Source: Octopus vulgaris
Lineage: Eukaryota
NCBI GenBank assembly: GCA_951406725.2
Contig: OX597839.1
Span: 25,048,001-25,112,000, forward strand
Direction: 5' to 3'
DNA: 64,000 bases
Part shown: in pieces, positions 36,874 to 50,879 of the stretch
Position numbering within the stretch: position 1 is the stretch's first letter
Layout: each line of letters begins with the position of its first letter
Position numbers and translations under genes: made by a program
Notes under the pieces: generated by a model
Seen by the model: the letters and a program-made list of their open reading frames with translations, nothing else
The model's database searches: none
What the model was told of the DNA's origin: nothing

Positions 36874-37349
36874 GTGTTCAGGTTAAACTTAACAGATTGC
36901 ATAACAAGGAAAAGAAAATGCGAGCAATTCTTTTTGCGTTCGTGTACTGACTGCTTCCATCTCGAACAGAGATTTCCCAAAGGACCAGTTTCCAAGTTAC
37001 CAAAGTCAGTGATTGTAAAACAATATATATATCCCATCAAGAAATAAAAGTAGGTTCTTTAATAAATGCGACGCCACGCAAAAGCGCCCATCCGGTGCCG
37101 CGTAGAAGCGCCCGTGCGGCGCCACTTAAAAGCACCAAGCGCACTCTGTGAAGGGGTTGATGTTAGGAAGGGCACCCAGCGATAGAGGCCGCGCCAAACC
37201 AGACTGGAGTCTAATGCAGGTCCTTCAGCTTGCCAGCTCTGGTCGCACCATCCAACCCATGCCACCGGCAAGGACAACAGACGTTAAATGTTGATGATGA
37301 TGATGGTGGTGGTGGTGGTGGTGATGATGATGATGATGCTCAACTAAAT

Positions 37350-38137
37350 TACGGCTGGGAGGTAACTGTTTACTCAAAGTGTGCACCCTCATTTTCCCCC
37401 CCATGTCCTCAATATGGCTCCGGAACCGGGCACATGCATTTCTCATTGTGTCCTTGGAAAGATCTCCAAACACTTCCCTGACCTTGGTCACCAGCTCAGC
37501 TTTGGGGTTGCAGGCAGAGCAGTTGTCCTCTTTCTCAACCATGCCCCCCACATAAGAATCCATGAGTTTAGAATCAGGGGAATTAAGAACACTAGTTTAA
37601 CTTGGACCGTGGGGGGGGGTCCACTCCGGGTGGCACTTTTAAAGGGGCAGCACTTTTCATCCTGTTGCATGCGATAATTCCTGATATTATAATAAACAAT
37701 CTACTGGAAGTGCACGACTTAAGGGTCTGCTGTAGGCAATATGTGTTTTTCAAGGGCAGCAAATAGAAGGGCCGCCCCAGATGGCACACACTCTAGCTCT
37801 GCTAGTGATTAAGGGGCTCAAAATCTCTCGTGGAAGCGCCATCCAACCAAAATGCAAATATATGGGAAACTACCACCTGTGTCATCTCTTCTGAAAGGTA
37901 GGAGAGTCCAGTTTGCTGGACATTGTTGTAGAGCTGAAAAAGAAGTAATTTCTACTCTTCTCCTCTGGAAGCCATCTACTCGCAATACCAGAGGGCGCAC
38001 ACTCTCCTACCCTGATGTAATCTCCAGGGATACAGGCATCCAGCAACAGGACCTTCGTAATGCTATGATGGACCGTGAAGTCTGGCGTAACATAGTAAAT
38101 TCCATTGTCTCGACCACGGTCGAACAATGAATTAATG

Positions 38138-38195
<58 letters not shown>

Positions 38196-38435
38196 GTAGG
38201 AGAGTCCAGTTTGCTGGACATTGTTGTAGAGCTGAAAAAGAGGTAATTTCTACTCTTCTCCTCTGGAAGCCATCTACTCGCAATAACAGAGGGCACACAC
38301 TCTCCTACCCTGATGTAATCTCCAGGGATACAGGCATCCAGCAACAGGACCTCTGTAATGCCATGATGGACCGTGAAGTCTGGGGTAACATAGTAAATTC
38401 CATTGTCTTGACCACGGTCGAACAATGAATTAATG

Positions 38436-38479
<44 letters not shown>

Positions 38480-39290
38480 GTAGGAGAGTCCAGTTTGCTG
38501 GACATTGTTGTAGAGCTGAAAAAGAGGTAATTTCTACTCTTCTCCTCTGGAAGCCATCTACTCGCAATACCAGAGGGCGCACACTCTCCTACCCTGATGT
38601 AATCTCCAGGGATACAGGCATCCAGCAACAGGACCTCCGTAATGCCATGATGGACCATGAAGTCTGGCGTAGCATGGTAAATTCCATTGTCTCGACCACA
38701 GTCGAACAATGATGATGATGATGGTTAGGGTTAGGGTTCTCTTGTGGAAGCATCATCCAACCAAAGTACAAATATATGGGAAACTACCACCTGCGTCAGC
38801 TCTTGTGAAAGGTAGGAGAGTCCAGTTTGCTGGACATTGTTGTAGAGCTGAAAAAGAGGTAATTTCTGCTCTTCTCCTCTGGAAGCCATCTACTCTCAAT
38901 ACCAGAGGGCGCACACTCTCCTACCCTGATGTAATCTCCAGGGATACAGGCATCCAGCAACAGGACCTCCGTAATGCCATGATGGGCCGTGAAGTCTGGC
39001 GTAGCATGGTAAATTCCATTGTCTCGATCACGGTCGAGCAATGATGATGATGAAGGGGCCAGAAACTGGATTTGGTGAAGTTCAAAGAAATTATCTAACA
39101 ACCGCTTGTGATGCTTTCCAAAGGTTTGGCAAAGAGCTGAATCCTGCTGCCGCCATCCACACATGGCCTTCCAGCGGAAACCCCTTTGAATCGGGGTTTG
39201 AGCAGAGTCTCCAGCAGCTTCACAGAGCTGTTTGAATTGATCCTAAGGCCCTACTGGAAGGTGTGGGGGTACCATGATGTCACGCTCACT
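37350..39290 (-). mobile_element. Second decayed DD37D/maT-like transposase, split by a hAT MITE (37590-37806) and four RTE tails (37823-39053)
   Basis: 39290-39056 gives WRQQDSALCQT...FWP. 37590-37350 continues NSPDSKLMDSYVGGMVEKE...AELVTKVREVFGDLSKDTMRNACARFRSHIE. Confidence 0.7.
37823..39053 (+). mobile_element. Four head-to-tail copies of the RTE 3' end, separated by (TA)n or (GAT)n+TTAGGG
   Basis: Copies at ~37823-38130, 38192-38428, 38477-38711 and 38738-39053. Confidence 0.88.
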
Positions 39291-40389
39291 AGAGACACAC
39301 CGGAAGACCATTAGTTTGAAGGAACCGACAATGACAATGATGATGATGATGATGGTGGTGGTGGTGACAATGATGGAGATGACAATGGTGATGATGATGA
39401 TGATGACAAAACGATGGTGATGATGATTATGGAAGGAGGAGGAGGAGGACTATAATGCTAATCTTAAAACATCAAATAGAACGCCTTGTCGTACTTCTTC
39501 CAGTTCTCTCTGTAGGATTCTGAGTTCAAATCCAGTCTGAGGTCAGGGTCTTTTTTTCAATCATTTCACAGGAGGGGGACTGTCCAATACAAATAAAATA
39601 CAAATCTAAAACGATTCACCATTTTCATCTCCATTTTAGAGGAGATCCCAGTTTAGCCCCAAGCTGTCCTTCAGTAGACATCCGATCACAGCCACTCCAG
39701 ATTTCACCATCCTGATCGTTTCCAGAACTACATTATGTTCTTTTGGCTGCTATTTCTGAAAGGGCAACAGAGCAGGTAGACCCAGCATGGGCAACCTTTT
39801 TTTCACTGGGCATATCTGATTTCTGCTGTAAGAGGGTTAATACCTCCCTCCTTATAGAGGCCCCAGAGTTTGATCGGTGGTAATACAGGATCAAGTTGAA
39901 ATAAATGGGGAGAGCGGTGGGGCTTAAGAAGCTATAATCTTCTTCATCCCACTAAATCCTCTTTTACAGAATAACCAGCAAAACCCCCTCCCAAAATGAA
40001 GCTGGGTCCCCCCATACACACAATTAACTCGATACTAACGTGGCCCCAAGCGTAACGAAATTATATTCCAATCGAAATTTTCGCTCAAAACAGAAAAACC
40101 ATCAGGAATTTTCTCTTCATTTCAAAGTCAAGATTTTTAACCAATTTTCTTGTTTTCCAACTGATTAGCCAGAACTGGTGTGCGCGCGGAGATTCCACTG
40201 GAAATCTGAATGTTAATCCCCCCCCACCCCCCGCCGTAATTTTTTTTATTTTAATTGCTTTGTGTTTTGTCATTTATAAAGCCTATCCATCAAAAAAAAA
40301 AAACCCCAAAAAAAAATCTAGCATAAATAAATAAATAAATAAATAAATAATGATAATGATGACGATGATGATGATGATGATGATTGCTG

Positions 40390-40443
<54 letters not shown>

Positions 40444-40583
40444 CGAAATGAGAAACTTCTTTGATCTTTGTATTGAATTATGGAACGGTTTTAAAGCAGC
40501 TTTGCAAGTGAAGGATTTTTCGTCTGCTAATTACAGACTGGCTTCTTACGATGCTGTATATTATCCCCAAGCACTGACGGATT

Positions 40584-40620
<37 letters not shown>

Positions 40621-41503
40621 ATCGGTGCGTTTGTTGTTGTTGTTGTTGGAACTTGGGATATTTCTTTCCTAAGTAAGACTTGTAGCATGGCAGAAAATAA
40701 TCAGCAGGGGCCAGGAATTATCATCCATTCACCCCCCCCCCCCCCACACATCTCCATTTTACCATTCCCGTCCCCAGCTCCTTGCCTCCCATGCATACCT
40801 ATTTCTTTACTACCCACACAAGGGGCTAACCACAGAGAGGACAAACAAGCACAGACAAACGGACTAAGTCGATTATATCGACCCCCAGTGCGTAACTGGT
40901 ACTTATTTAATCGACCCCGAAAGGATGAACGGCAAAGTTGACCTCAGCGGAATTTGAACTCAGAACGTAACGGCAGACGAAATACCTTTTTCTTTACTAC
41001 CCATAAGGGGCTAAACACAGAGAGGACAAACAAGCACAGACAAACGGACTAAGTCGATTACATCGACCCCAGTGCGTAACTGGTGCTTAATTTATCGACC
41101 CCAAAAGGATGAACGGCAAAGTTGACCTTGGCGGAATTTGAACTCAGAACGTAACGGCAGACGAAATACCGCAAAGCATTTTGCCCTTGTGCTAACGTTT
41201 CGGCCAGCTCACCGCATACCACCACCATTCTTTACTTATGGCAGGGCATGCTGCCCCGAAATAACCTACATCATGTTAAAACAAGTTCATTTCTCATCGG
41301 AAGACAATAAGTCAAAGAGTCAGCCATCAGCCGAGGGAGGTTTAGCTGTTATATTGGGCATTCAGTCTGATCAGGACAACATGACAATGACTACTTTACT
41401 ATTAAGTTTTTATGCAGAGGGAATATCTGGATTTGATCATTACAGCATCCACCTTCCTATTTCCTTCCCCTCAAAATCTGCTGGCCCTTTGCCAACATGA
41501 AAC

Positions 41504-41537
<34 letters not shown>

Positions 41538-41540
<3 letters not shown>

Positions 41541-42760
41541 TAGTTTTATTTTTATAGCATGCTTTCACTTCACTACCGAGCGCAGCTCTGTGTGCCTTGG
41601 GTATGTGTTGTGATTTGTTGTGATGCTCTGATGGTTATTGTATGGAAAGTGTTCTGCGTAGGATGTGTGCAGTGCCTAGTAGTGCAATTTTCTGTATGTT
41701 ATATGTGTTTGTAAGTCCTGGTGTTTTTGTTATGTATTTGTCTGAATATTTTTTTATCATGCCTTATTATTATTATTATTATTATTACCAGCATTATTAT
41801 TATTATTATTCAGTAGTTTTATTTTTATAGCGTGCTTTCACTTCACTACCGAGCGCAGCTCTGTGTACCTTGGGTATGTGCTATGATTTGTTGTGATGCT
41901 CTGACGGTTATTGTATTGAAAGTGTTCTGCGTAGGATGTGTGCAGTGCCCAGTAGTGCAATTTTCTGTATGTTATATGTGTTTGTAAGTCCTGGTGTTTT
42001 TGTTATGTATTTGTCTGAATATTTTTTTATCATGCCTAATGCACCTATGATGATAGGAATTGTTTCTGTTTTTAGATTCCACATTCTGGTTACCTCTATT
42101 TCCAGGTCTTCGTATTTTGAAAGTTCATTTAGTGTCCAGTTAAGGATATTGTAGCTGTAACTTATAACTGGGTCAGATAGAGGTGACAGTGCCAAGCAGA
42201 AAAGGAGTGGAGAGAGCGTGTCTCCCTGGAATATTCCTCTTCTAATGGGGATGGCTTTGGTTTTCACAAGTCCCTTTTTTGTTTGGAGCTGTAGCACTGT
42301 CTGCCATTTATTCATAGAGTATCCTATGTATTTTATAATTGTTGGTGCAACTTTGTTAATGGCTAGTGTTTCGAGGATCCATGTGTGGGAGATGCTGTCA
42401 AACATCTCTCTGTAGTCAATCCAGGCCATACTGAGGCCTTTCTTCTTTCTGTGGCTGTCTTCAGTTATGGCTTTATTGATCATTAGTTGATCTTTACAGC
42501 CATATGAGCCTTTGTGGCATCCTTTCTGCTCTTCTGGGAACAGGTTGTTTTTGTCCAGGTGCTTGTTCAATCTTTGTGATATTACTGCAGTAAATACTTT
42601 GTACATTGTAGGGAGACAGGTTATAGGTCTGTAGTTTTCTGATTTTGCTGTCTCATTGGATTTGGGAATTAAGATGGTTTTGCCCTTCGTGAGCCATTCA
42701 GGCATTGTCTCTGGCTCAGCCAATATGTTGTTAAAGTTTTCAGCCAGCTTTTTGTGCATA
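41538..42760 (-). mobile_element. Dong/R4-clade non-LTR retrotransposon: internally deleted copy at 41810-42760 plus short 3' copy at 41538-41763, inserted in (TAA)n
   Basis: RT motifs YRPITCLPTMYK, EEQKG, WIDY..FDS and RGIFQGDTLSPLLF, C-terminal KYEDL...PIIIGALG...QKIALLGTAHILRR. All ends abut (TAA)n, the known Dong target. Confidence 0.9.
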
Positions 42761-42813
<53 letters not shown>

Positions 42814-44417
42814 GAGTGTTTGTGGATGGATAAATGAATTTGATGTTGCTCAAAGGAGTAAAGAACCAGCATAATTTGGCAGGGGTAAACCAGCATATGC
42901 TGTCAGGCCCCACTGCTGATATTGGGAGTTGCATTCTATGCCTTGACCCGAGCTGGGAAATGAATGGAATCTCTGGTGTGTGTCTTGTTGTGGCTACCAC
43001 CTCCTAAAACAAATGGGGAATAGGACTAGATATATGTATATGTATCCGTGAGAGCAGAGCATGCCATCAAAGTGACACTGGGGTACAATTATAGGAAGCC
43101 CAGCATACCCATCATGACTACCTGTCTGATAAGGGTACACCAGGCACTTGCATCACAACCATATGTGCGCGACATGGTGATCTCATATCAAGATAAACAG
43201 CACATGACCATGCAGTTAGACTTTCCTTCGGGTCGAGTAGCCCATCCCACTCAAAAGGTCCCTGAATAAGGGTTGTTTAAGGATGTTGAATGAGACACCC
43301 ATGTTTCCAGAGGTGAATTATTCAAACCCCAAAGAATCCCTCTCAACACACGGCCATGTTGCTCCCCCACTACTTCTACTCATGATCAGAGATGCACATA
43401 TCGTCAGCCACCAAGGGACATACTCTACTGGTTAAGATCAAATAACTGACAAGCAAATCTGTGGTATTGAGCAGAATATTTGCTGTAGCCCATCTTTTAT
43501 GCCAAGACAAAACAATGTACATGATAACACTTCCAATCAATTAAGATCAGAAGCCATGAGAGCCACTGCCTGGTACTGCATCAGGGCATTTATTATTATT
43601 ATCATTCATCATCATCATCATCATCATCATTTAGTGTCTACATTCCACGCTGGTATGGGTTAGACAGTTTGAATGGAACCGGTAAGCCAGAGAGCTGTAC
43701 CAGGTTCCAATCTGATTTCAGCTTGGTTTCTATGGCTAGATGCCCTTCCTAATGCCAACCACTTCAAGACTGTAGTGGGTGCCTTTTACATGTCACCAGC
43801 ACGTGTGTGTTTTAAGGGTCACTGATACAAATGCTTTTACATGTCACCAGCTCATGCCTTTTAAGTGTGACCGTCATGGGCGCCTTTGACATACCACTGT
43901 CATTTGTGCCTTTGACGTGTCGCCGTCACAGGTACCTTTGACGTGTCCCTGTCACAGGTGCTTTTGACATGCCACCATCACGGGTGCCTTTTAGGTGCCA
44001 CCAGCATCGTTATCATTATTACAATAAGCTGGCAGCATCGTTAGCTCACAAGACAAAATGCTTAATGTCCATTCATCCGTCATTATGTTCTGAGTTCAAA
44101 TTCTGCCAAGGTTGACTTTGCCTTTCATCCTTTCAGGGTCAATAAAATAAAATACCAGTCAAGTACTGGGGGCTGATGTAATTCACTCGCCACTCTTTCT
44201 GCGTTTGGCTGTGGGGATTATTTGCATATTAATCGGATAGTTACCCGTTTTCTACATTGACAACTTCATAACGAGCATTAATGAAATTCATAGAGTCAAG
44301 TAAAGAATATCTCTTATGCAAATGAGCTTCTTTTGCTCAATTCAGAATAGGATATTAAGTACTCAACACCAAGGATTGAATTGAATTAATTAATTAATTA
44401 ATTAATTAATTAATTAA

Positions 44418-44460
44418 TGCTTCTGATGAAGACCAACAAGGCCGAAACTTAATTAAACCA
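44418..44460 (+). ncRNA. Degenerate minimal hammerhead-like motif
   Basis: tgctt CTGATGA a gacc aacaa ggcc GAAA cttaatta aacca, preceded by (AATT)n. Several mismatches are present. Confidence 0.35.
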
Positions 44461-44774
44461 TCAAATAAAAATTCTGCAAAAAGATATGTGTGTGTGTGTG
44501 CTTGTATCTATAAATGTGGGTATGTATGTGTGTGTGTGTGTATCTATAAATGTGGGTATGTATGTGTGTATATATATATACACATACTATATATATATAT
44601 ATATATATGCACACACACACACATACATATATGTGTGTACATATCTATATCTATATATGCACACACACATATACACATATATATCTACATCTTATGTACA
44701 TATATGTGTGTGTGTGGTTGTATATATATATACACACACACACACGCACACATATATATCTACATCTTATGTAC

Positions 44775-44809
<35 letters not shown>

Positions 44810-44813
44810 GTTG

Positions 44814-44864
<51 letters not shown>

Positions 44865-45466
44865 CTACATCTTATGTACATGTGTGTGTGTGTGTGTGTG
44901 TGTGTATACATGCATATAAACACACACATGTAAACATACCATGAAAAATCACTTTGCTTCTTTTCCTTTGAAGAATTTTTGCCTTTAATTGTATCCTCGT
45001 TAACTTCCAGCAAAATTTATACAATTTCTAATTGGAATTATAAACCAAGTCAAACATGCAGCCGAGGAATCGGTAAATACGTCATCATAATTGATAAATT
45101 CATTTCGTAAACCACTGGCTTGGTGGTGGTGGTGGTGGTGGTGGTGGTTGCGGTGGTGGCGGCGGCAGTCATGGCTGACTGCATTGATAAAAGCAAGAAG
45201 CTCTCTGTTGAAGAAATAAACAGAAGACTCTGAAGAAACTCGTTATGGTTGGCATCGGTAATTAGTGAATGTAAACAGTTGGAAAGTGGTATAAATCAGG
45301 TTTCTGTGAGACTGAGCAAATGCAGTCAACGCTTTTTTTCTTCTTGTTCTTGTTCTTGGCAAATTTCATTTATTTCTGAACTCTGTGTTAAAAAATTTGG
45401 GTTACATTTCATAGATGAAAGCAGCACCGGGCTTGGACCCTCTCATGTATATATATATGTTCAAAA

Positions 45467-45507
45467 TGGCTGATGATTAGCATCATGATTGAAACTCAAG
45501 AGTACCA
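45467..45507 (+). ncRNA. Minimal hammerhead-like motif
   Basis: tgg CTGATGA ttagcatcatgatt GAAA ctc aa gag TA cca. Stems I and III pair, stem II is weak. Flanked by (TA)n. Confidence 0.5.
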
Positions 45508-45582
45508 ACGAATTTGAATCAAACTGTTTTGATCCATACATACACATTTATATATGTGTGTGTGTGTGTGTATATGTATATA

Positions 45583-45615
<33 letters not shown>

Positions 45616-45629
45616 ATATGTGTGTGTGT

Positions 45630-45667
<38 letters not shown>

Positions 45668-45771
45668 GTAGTTAAAGTTAATCCAAACAAGAAAGCACAA
45701 AAAAACACAACGCGAGGACGTGGAACAAATATAGTATTATTGGACGCTCAGGAAAGAAGGGAAGAAGGAGG

Positions 45772-45806
45772 GTTTAACGTTTCGAGCGGAGCTCTTTGTC
45801 GGAAAC
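45772..45806 (-). ncRNA. Hammerhead-like motif (core CCGACAA) in a ~195-bp repeat at 45670-45865
   Basis: gttt CCGACAA a gagc tcc gctc GAAA cg TT aaac. A homologous copy lies at 60510-60700. Confidence 0.4.
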
Positions 45807-45864
45807 ATTGGAGAAGGAAAGATCCAGAAAAGGGAAGACAGAGGAAAAAAAAATCGCCAATGGT

Positions 45865-45912
<48 letters not shown>

Positions 45913-47283
45913 GGGTTGTGGGGTACCATATATATATATATTTATATGGGTTGGGGGGGGGGTACTTGTGATAGTATGAAATTTATGACCAACAGCCCAG
46001 CTATGAGCTGTCAACTCAATTTTCTCTTTATTCTAAATATAAGCAATCTTTTAGTCTTTGATTTTTGTTGATGATAAGGAGAAAGATAAATTGGAAATGA
46101 ACTACAACATTATGACCCCCGCTGTCTTCCATACGACTCTAAAAATTGTGGTTTTGTTCTTCTCTCAACTAATCTTGCTACAATAATGGCAACATGGAAT
46201 TCTTCCATCTTCTTCCTCTGGTAACCAGGGAGGGGGCGTCTGTCCCCTTGACCCTGTGTACAGGTTTGGTGGCCTTGTGGTTAAAGGTGTTGATAAGTTG
46301 TTACCTCATATAAAGGCAGAGGTTTCAATTCCTTGCAGGATTTTATTAAATATTTAATCGTTTTTAAATGGCGGTGCTCCAGCATGGCCACAGCTTGTGA
46401 GCTGAAACTAGATAAAAAATTTTTTAAATATATATACTGGCGTGGAGAAGGGGAGGCTGGTATGCATGGGCGACTGCTGGTCTTCCATAAACAGCCTTGC
46501 CCAGACTTGTACCTGGGAGGGGAACTTTCTAGGTGCAGTCCCTTGGTCATTTATGACCAAAGGAGGTGACGTGGTTAAGAAGCCGTTTGAAGGCCAGAAG
46601 TGTAAACTGAAAGCAGCTAATTTGAGTAAGCTTTTGTCTGGCAGCCATAATCCAGTTGATACTTTTTGATTTCTTGAAATACTTTTATTTCTGAACTGGG
46701 TGCAGTGTTTTCTTTTCTTTTCATTCAAGGTGTCAACTTTAACCTGAACACCCTGTACTGTAGGTTTAGGTGTGTTTGTAGATGTGTACCTGTGTCAATG
46801 TCAATTGTCATACCTGTATAAAACATAGAGCACAATAGACAGGAAGTTTTTTCATTTTATTTCATAAAAGAACTTGTTTGTCAAGTGATTTGATCTGAGA
46901 CTCCAGGGTATTAAATCTCAAGCAATTACCTCAAGCAAGAATTCAGGAATTATTTCCCCCCATTAAACAACAAACCAGACAACAAAAAAATAACAACAAA
47001 AGACCTATTAACCTATTATTGACCTATTAATGTACTATAGGCATAAGAGTGGCTGTGTGGTAAGAAGCCTGTTCCCCAACCATAAGGTTCTAGGTTCAGT
47101 CCCACTGCGTGGCACCTTGGGCAAGTGTCTTCTACTATAGCCTCAGGCCGACCAAAGCCTTATGGGTGGATTTGACAGATGGAAACTGAAAGAAGCCTGT
47201 CGCATGTGTGTGTGTGTGTGTGTGCATGCACACGCATGTGTGTGTTTGTGTGTGTGTATGTTTGTCCCCCATCAACACTTGAC

Positions 47284-47327
<44 letters not shown>

Positions 47328-48347
47328 AGTGTGTGTGTCTGTGTTTGTCCCCCCAACATCGCTTGACAACCAATGCTGTTGTGCTTACATTCCTGTAACC
47401 TAGTGGTTCAGCAAATGAGACCAATAGAATAAGTACTAGGCTTACAAAGACTAAGTCCTGGGGTCGATTTGCTTGACTAAAAGCGGTGCTCCAGCATGGC
47501 CACAGGCACATGACTGAAACAAGTAAAAGTGTTTGAAACATAATCATCATCACCATCATTTAACATCTGTTTTCCATGCTGGTATGGGTTGGATGTGGAG
47601 GCGCAATGGCCCAGTGGTTAGGGCAGCGGACTCGCGGTCATAGGATCGCGGTTTCGATTCCCAGACCGGGCGTTGTGAGTGTTTATTGAGCGAAAACACC
47701 TAAAAAGCTCCACGAGGCTCCGGCAGGGGATGGTGGTGATCCCTGCTGTACTCTTTCGCCACAACTTTCTCTCACTCTTACTTCCTGTTTCTGTTGTACC
47801 TGTATTTCAAAAAGGCCGGCCTTGTCACTCTCTGTGTCACGCTGAATATCCCCGAGAACTACGTTAAGGGTGCACGTGTCTGTGGAGTGCTCAGCCACTT
47901 ACACGTTAATTTCACGAGCAGGCTGTTCCGTTGATTCGGATCAACCGGAACCCTCGTCATCGTAACTGACAGAGTGCTTCTAAAAAAAAAAAAAATGGGT
48001 TGGATGCTTGGTCAGATGCTGGTCAGTTGAAGAGCTACCCAGGCTGCATGTCTGTTTTGCCATGGTCTCTACAGCTGGATGCCCTTCCTAACGCCAACCA
48101 TTCTACAGAGGGTACTGGGTGCTTTTTAGGTGGCACCAGCCCCTACAAGCCTGCAAAATTAGAAACACTCAGCAGGAAAGGGATGAAGGGGTCAAACCTG
48201 TATGCAAGGGGTCAAGCCTGTATGCAAGGGCAACCCTGTTTTTACTTACCTTGGCATGTCTTCTCAAGCACAACAACCACCAGAAGCCTCAGTCACCTGC
48301 CGTCCTCTCTCTGAGGCTCAACATCTGAGGATATATATGTGTGTATA

Positions 48348-48760
48348 TCATCATCATCATCATCATCATCGTTTAATGTCCGTTCTCCATGCTAGCATGG
48401 GTTGGACGGTTCGACCGGGGATCTGGGAAGCCAGAAGGCTGCACCAGGCTCCGGTCTTATCTGGCAATGTTTCTACGGCTGGATGCCCTTCCTAACGCCA
48501 ACCACTCTGTGAGTGTAGTGGGTGCTTTTTACGTGCCACCTGCACTGGTGCCAGGCGAGGCTGGCATCGGCCACGGTCGGATTGGTGCATTTTACATGCC
48601 ACCTGCACGGAAGCCAGTTGAGGCGGCACTGGCTTCGGCCACGATTCGGATGGTGCTTTTTACGTATCTCCAGTCCAGGGGTCCTGGCATCTGCCGGGTG
48701 CCAGTCATAGGATTGGTTCAATTTCGATTCCGATTTCACTTGCCCCAACAGGTCTTCGCA
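48348..48760 (-). mobile_element. RTE 3'-UTR/Nin-domain-like repeat with (GAT)n tail
   Basis: Contains ggttggcgttaggaagggcatccagc. Homologous to 1921-2230, 9400-9530, 13348-13800, 25540-25730, 43605-44005 and 53232-53780. Confidence 0.7.
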
Positions 48761-49089
48761 ATATGGTTTCACAGAAGTTGGCAAGCTGAAGCCTGAGCTC
48801 TCTGTCTATTTTGACTTGGTTTCTACAGCTGGATGCCCTTCCTAATGCCAACCACTTTACAGAGGGTACTGGCTGCTTTTACATGGCACCAACCCTTTTG
48901 TTACCATATTTCTCTTGAAATACACTGCCTGTCTTCCAAGTAATTATGAAAATAATGAAGAATTTAATAAAATGGTTTTGTCGTTATTAATCTGGTGTTT
49001 GGATCATAAATTAACATGAAATTCTGATGCAAGATTTTAATTTCGATCGCTTTTGCATCATAGAGAAAACTTCAGCATTAAAAGGATTA

Positions 49090-49863
49090 ATGGTAAGACC
49101 TCACCTGGAATTTGCATCACCGGTCTGGAACCCCTATCTTGCCCAGGATATTAATCATCTGGAAGCCGTTCAGCAACGTGCAACCAAAAGAATACTCTCC
49201 ATCAGGCATTTGCCATATTCTGAACACCTTACTTCCCTGGGCATGGACACATTGAAACTCCGACGTCTGGCAGCTGACTTGGCAGACACCCATAAAATTA
49301 TTAACCATCTTACAAACAATAACTCTGAGCACCTTTTCAAACTCCACCCATCTAACACTCGTGGACATGTTTACAAAGTCAGAAAACAGCACAGCTCCCA
49401 TGACTTTCGGAAACATTTTTTCCCACTGAGAGTTGCTGAAGCATGGAACAAACTGCTGGCATCAGTTGTTAGTTGTCGGAGAATTGCATCCTTCAAAACT
49501 TCCATGCTTCCTGAGTCCGTCTGTCTAACACCTGTGGACATGTTTACAAAGTCAGAAAACAGCACAGCTCCCATGACTTTAGGAAACATTTTTTCATGCT
49601 GAGAGTTGCTGAAGCATGGAACAAACTGCCGGCATCAGTTGTTAGTTGTCGGAGCACTGCATCCTTCAAAACTTCCATGCCTTCTGAGATTCGCCAACAC
49701 TACACTTGATTTTCTCCCCTCCATACACACGCAAGCATGTATCCGACTCATAACATTGTTCGCTTTCCTGACATTTGTACATTACTGCATATACTTTATA
49801 CGCACTTTCTGACAAGTTGTGGTGCACCTGAGCACTGTATACAATAATTTCATTATTATTATT
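49090..49863 (+). mobile_element. CR1-like LINE 3' end with an internal ~170-bp duplication
   Basis: VRPHLEFASPVWNPY...LEAVQQRATK...LRRLAADL...TRGH.YK...RKHFF.LRV.EAWNKL. Segment 49344-49513 is repeated at 49522-49688. (ATT)n tail. Confidence 0.88.
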
Positions 49864-50879
49864 TAAATCTGATGATCTTAAAGCAGAGATTTTTTAAAAT
49901 CCTAAAACTAAAGATGGGCCCAGGAGGGTCAGAATTAAAAGGGTTAAGTGATGGCACAATTACTAACATTTTAAGCCATGTGGTGACATTTGAGCTCTTT
50001 TACGAAATTAATTGTACAACCAAGACATACCAAGAATTATCTGTAGTTGATATGAGACCTAAGATGTTCAACTGTTCACCTCTGCGCTTGGCAGTTTATA
50101 TCTGTTGTTTTCTGTAAAGTGATTTACATATCTCAACCACTGACAGAGGTTTTGATCTTTCTGTCCTTATGGTCTGTTGTACATCAGAACTTTAAACTCA
50201 AACGAAATTACACCTCATATGTTTATTGAAAAGAAAAGAAAAGAGAAGAAGAAAAAAAGCAAAATTGAAAAAGAATACTTTTCCCACTCTGGCTTCTAAA
50301 CGATATTTGACACGGTGCCAAGCTGCTAGAAAATTGGTTCAAGAGCCAAGATGGCTGCCTGTCTGGAGAGCTGGCAACACAAGTGGAATCAGACTTTATG
50401 GTCAGCTACAAACAGTTTAATTGTAATATGTCTTGATTGACGGAAGATGGCAGGCTGGCAGAACCGTTAGCAAGCACAGTGAAATGCTTAACGTCATTTC
50501 ATCTGTCTTTACGTTCTGAGTTCAAATTCTGCTGAGAAGTCAACTTTACCTTTTATCCCTTTCAGGGCCAGTAAAATATGTACCAGTTGGGTACTGGTGT
50601 CAATGTAAATGACGAAATCCCTTCCCAAGAAATTGCAGGAATTTTGCCAAAATTTTAAACCAGTAAACAACAAAGGTGGCAAGCTGTCTTTACGTTCTGA
50701 GTTCAAATCCCACCAAGGTCAACTTTTCTTTTCATCCTTTTGGGGTTGATAAAATAAGTACCAGTGAGACACTGGGGTCGATGTAATTGACAATCCCCCT
50801 CCTCTCCAATTTCAGGCCTTGTCCTCATAGTTGAAAGAATCATCATCATCATCATCATCATCATTATTATTCCTTCGTA

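Noticed and set aside
42815-43590. Unique-looking block between (TAA)n tracts with short ORFs
   Set aside because: It is probably an unclassified repeat or retroelement UTR. I recognised no motif or second copy in the window, so no call was made.
40528-45205. Possible minus-strand exons at ~45205-44940 and ~40669-40528 with good-looking splice sites
   Set aside because: No frame stays open from the strong acceptor to the donor, the peptides are low-complexity with no recognisable homology, and a non-coding transcript cannot be supported from sequence alone.
47596-47670. tRNA genes at SINE heads (also 20826, 7351 and others)
   Set aside because: They lack a full cloverleaf/acceptor stem and run into multi-copy SINE bodies.
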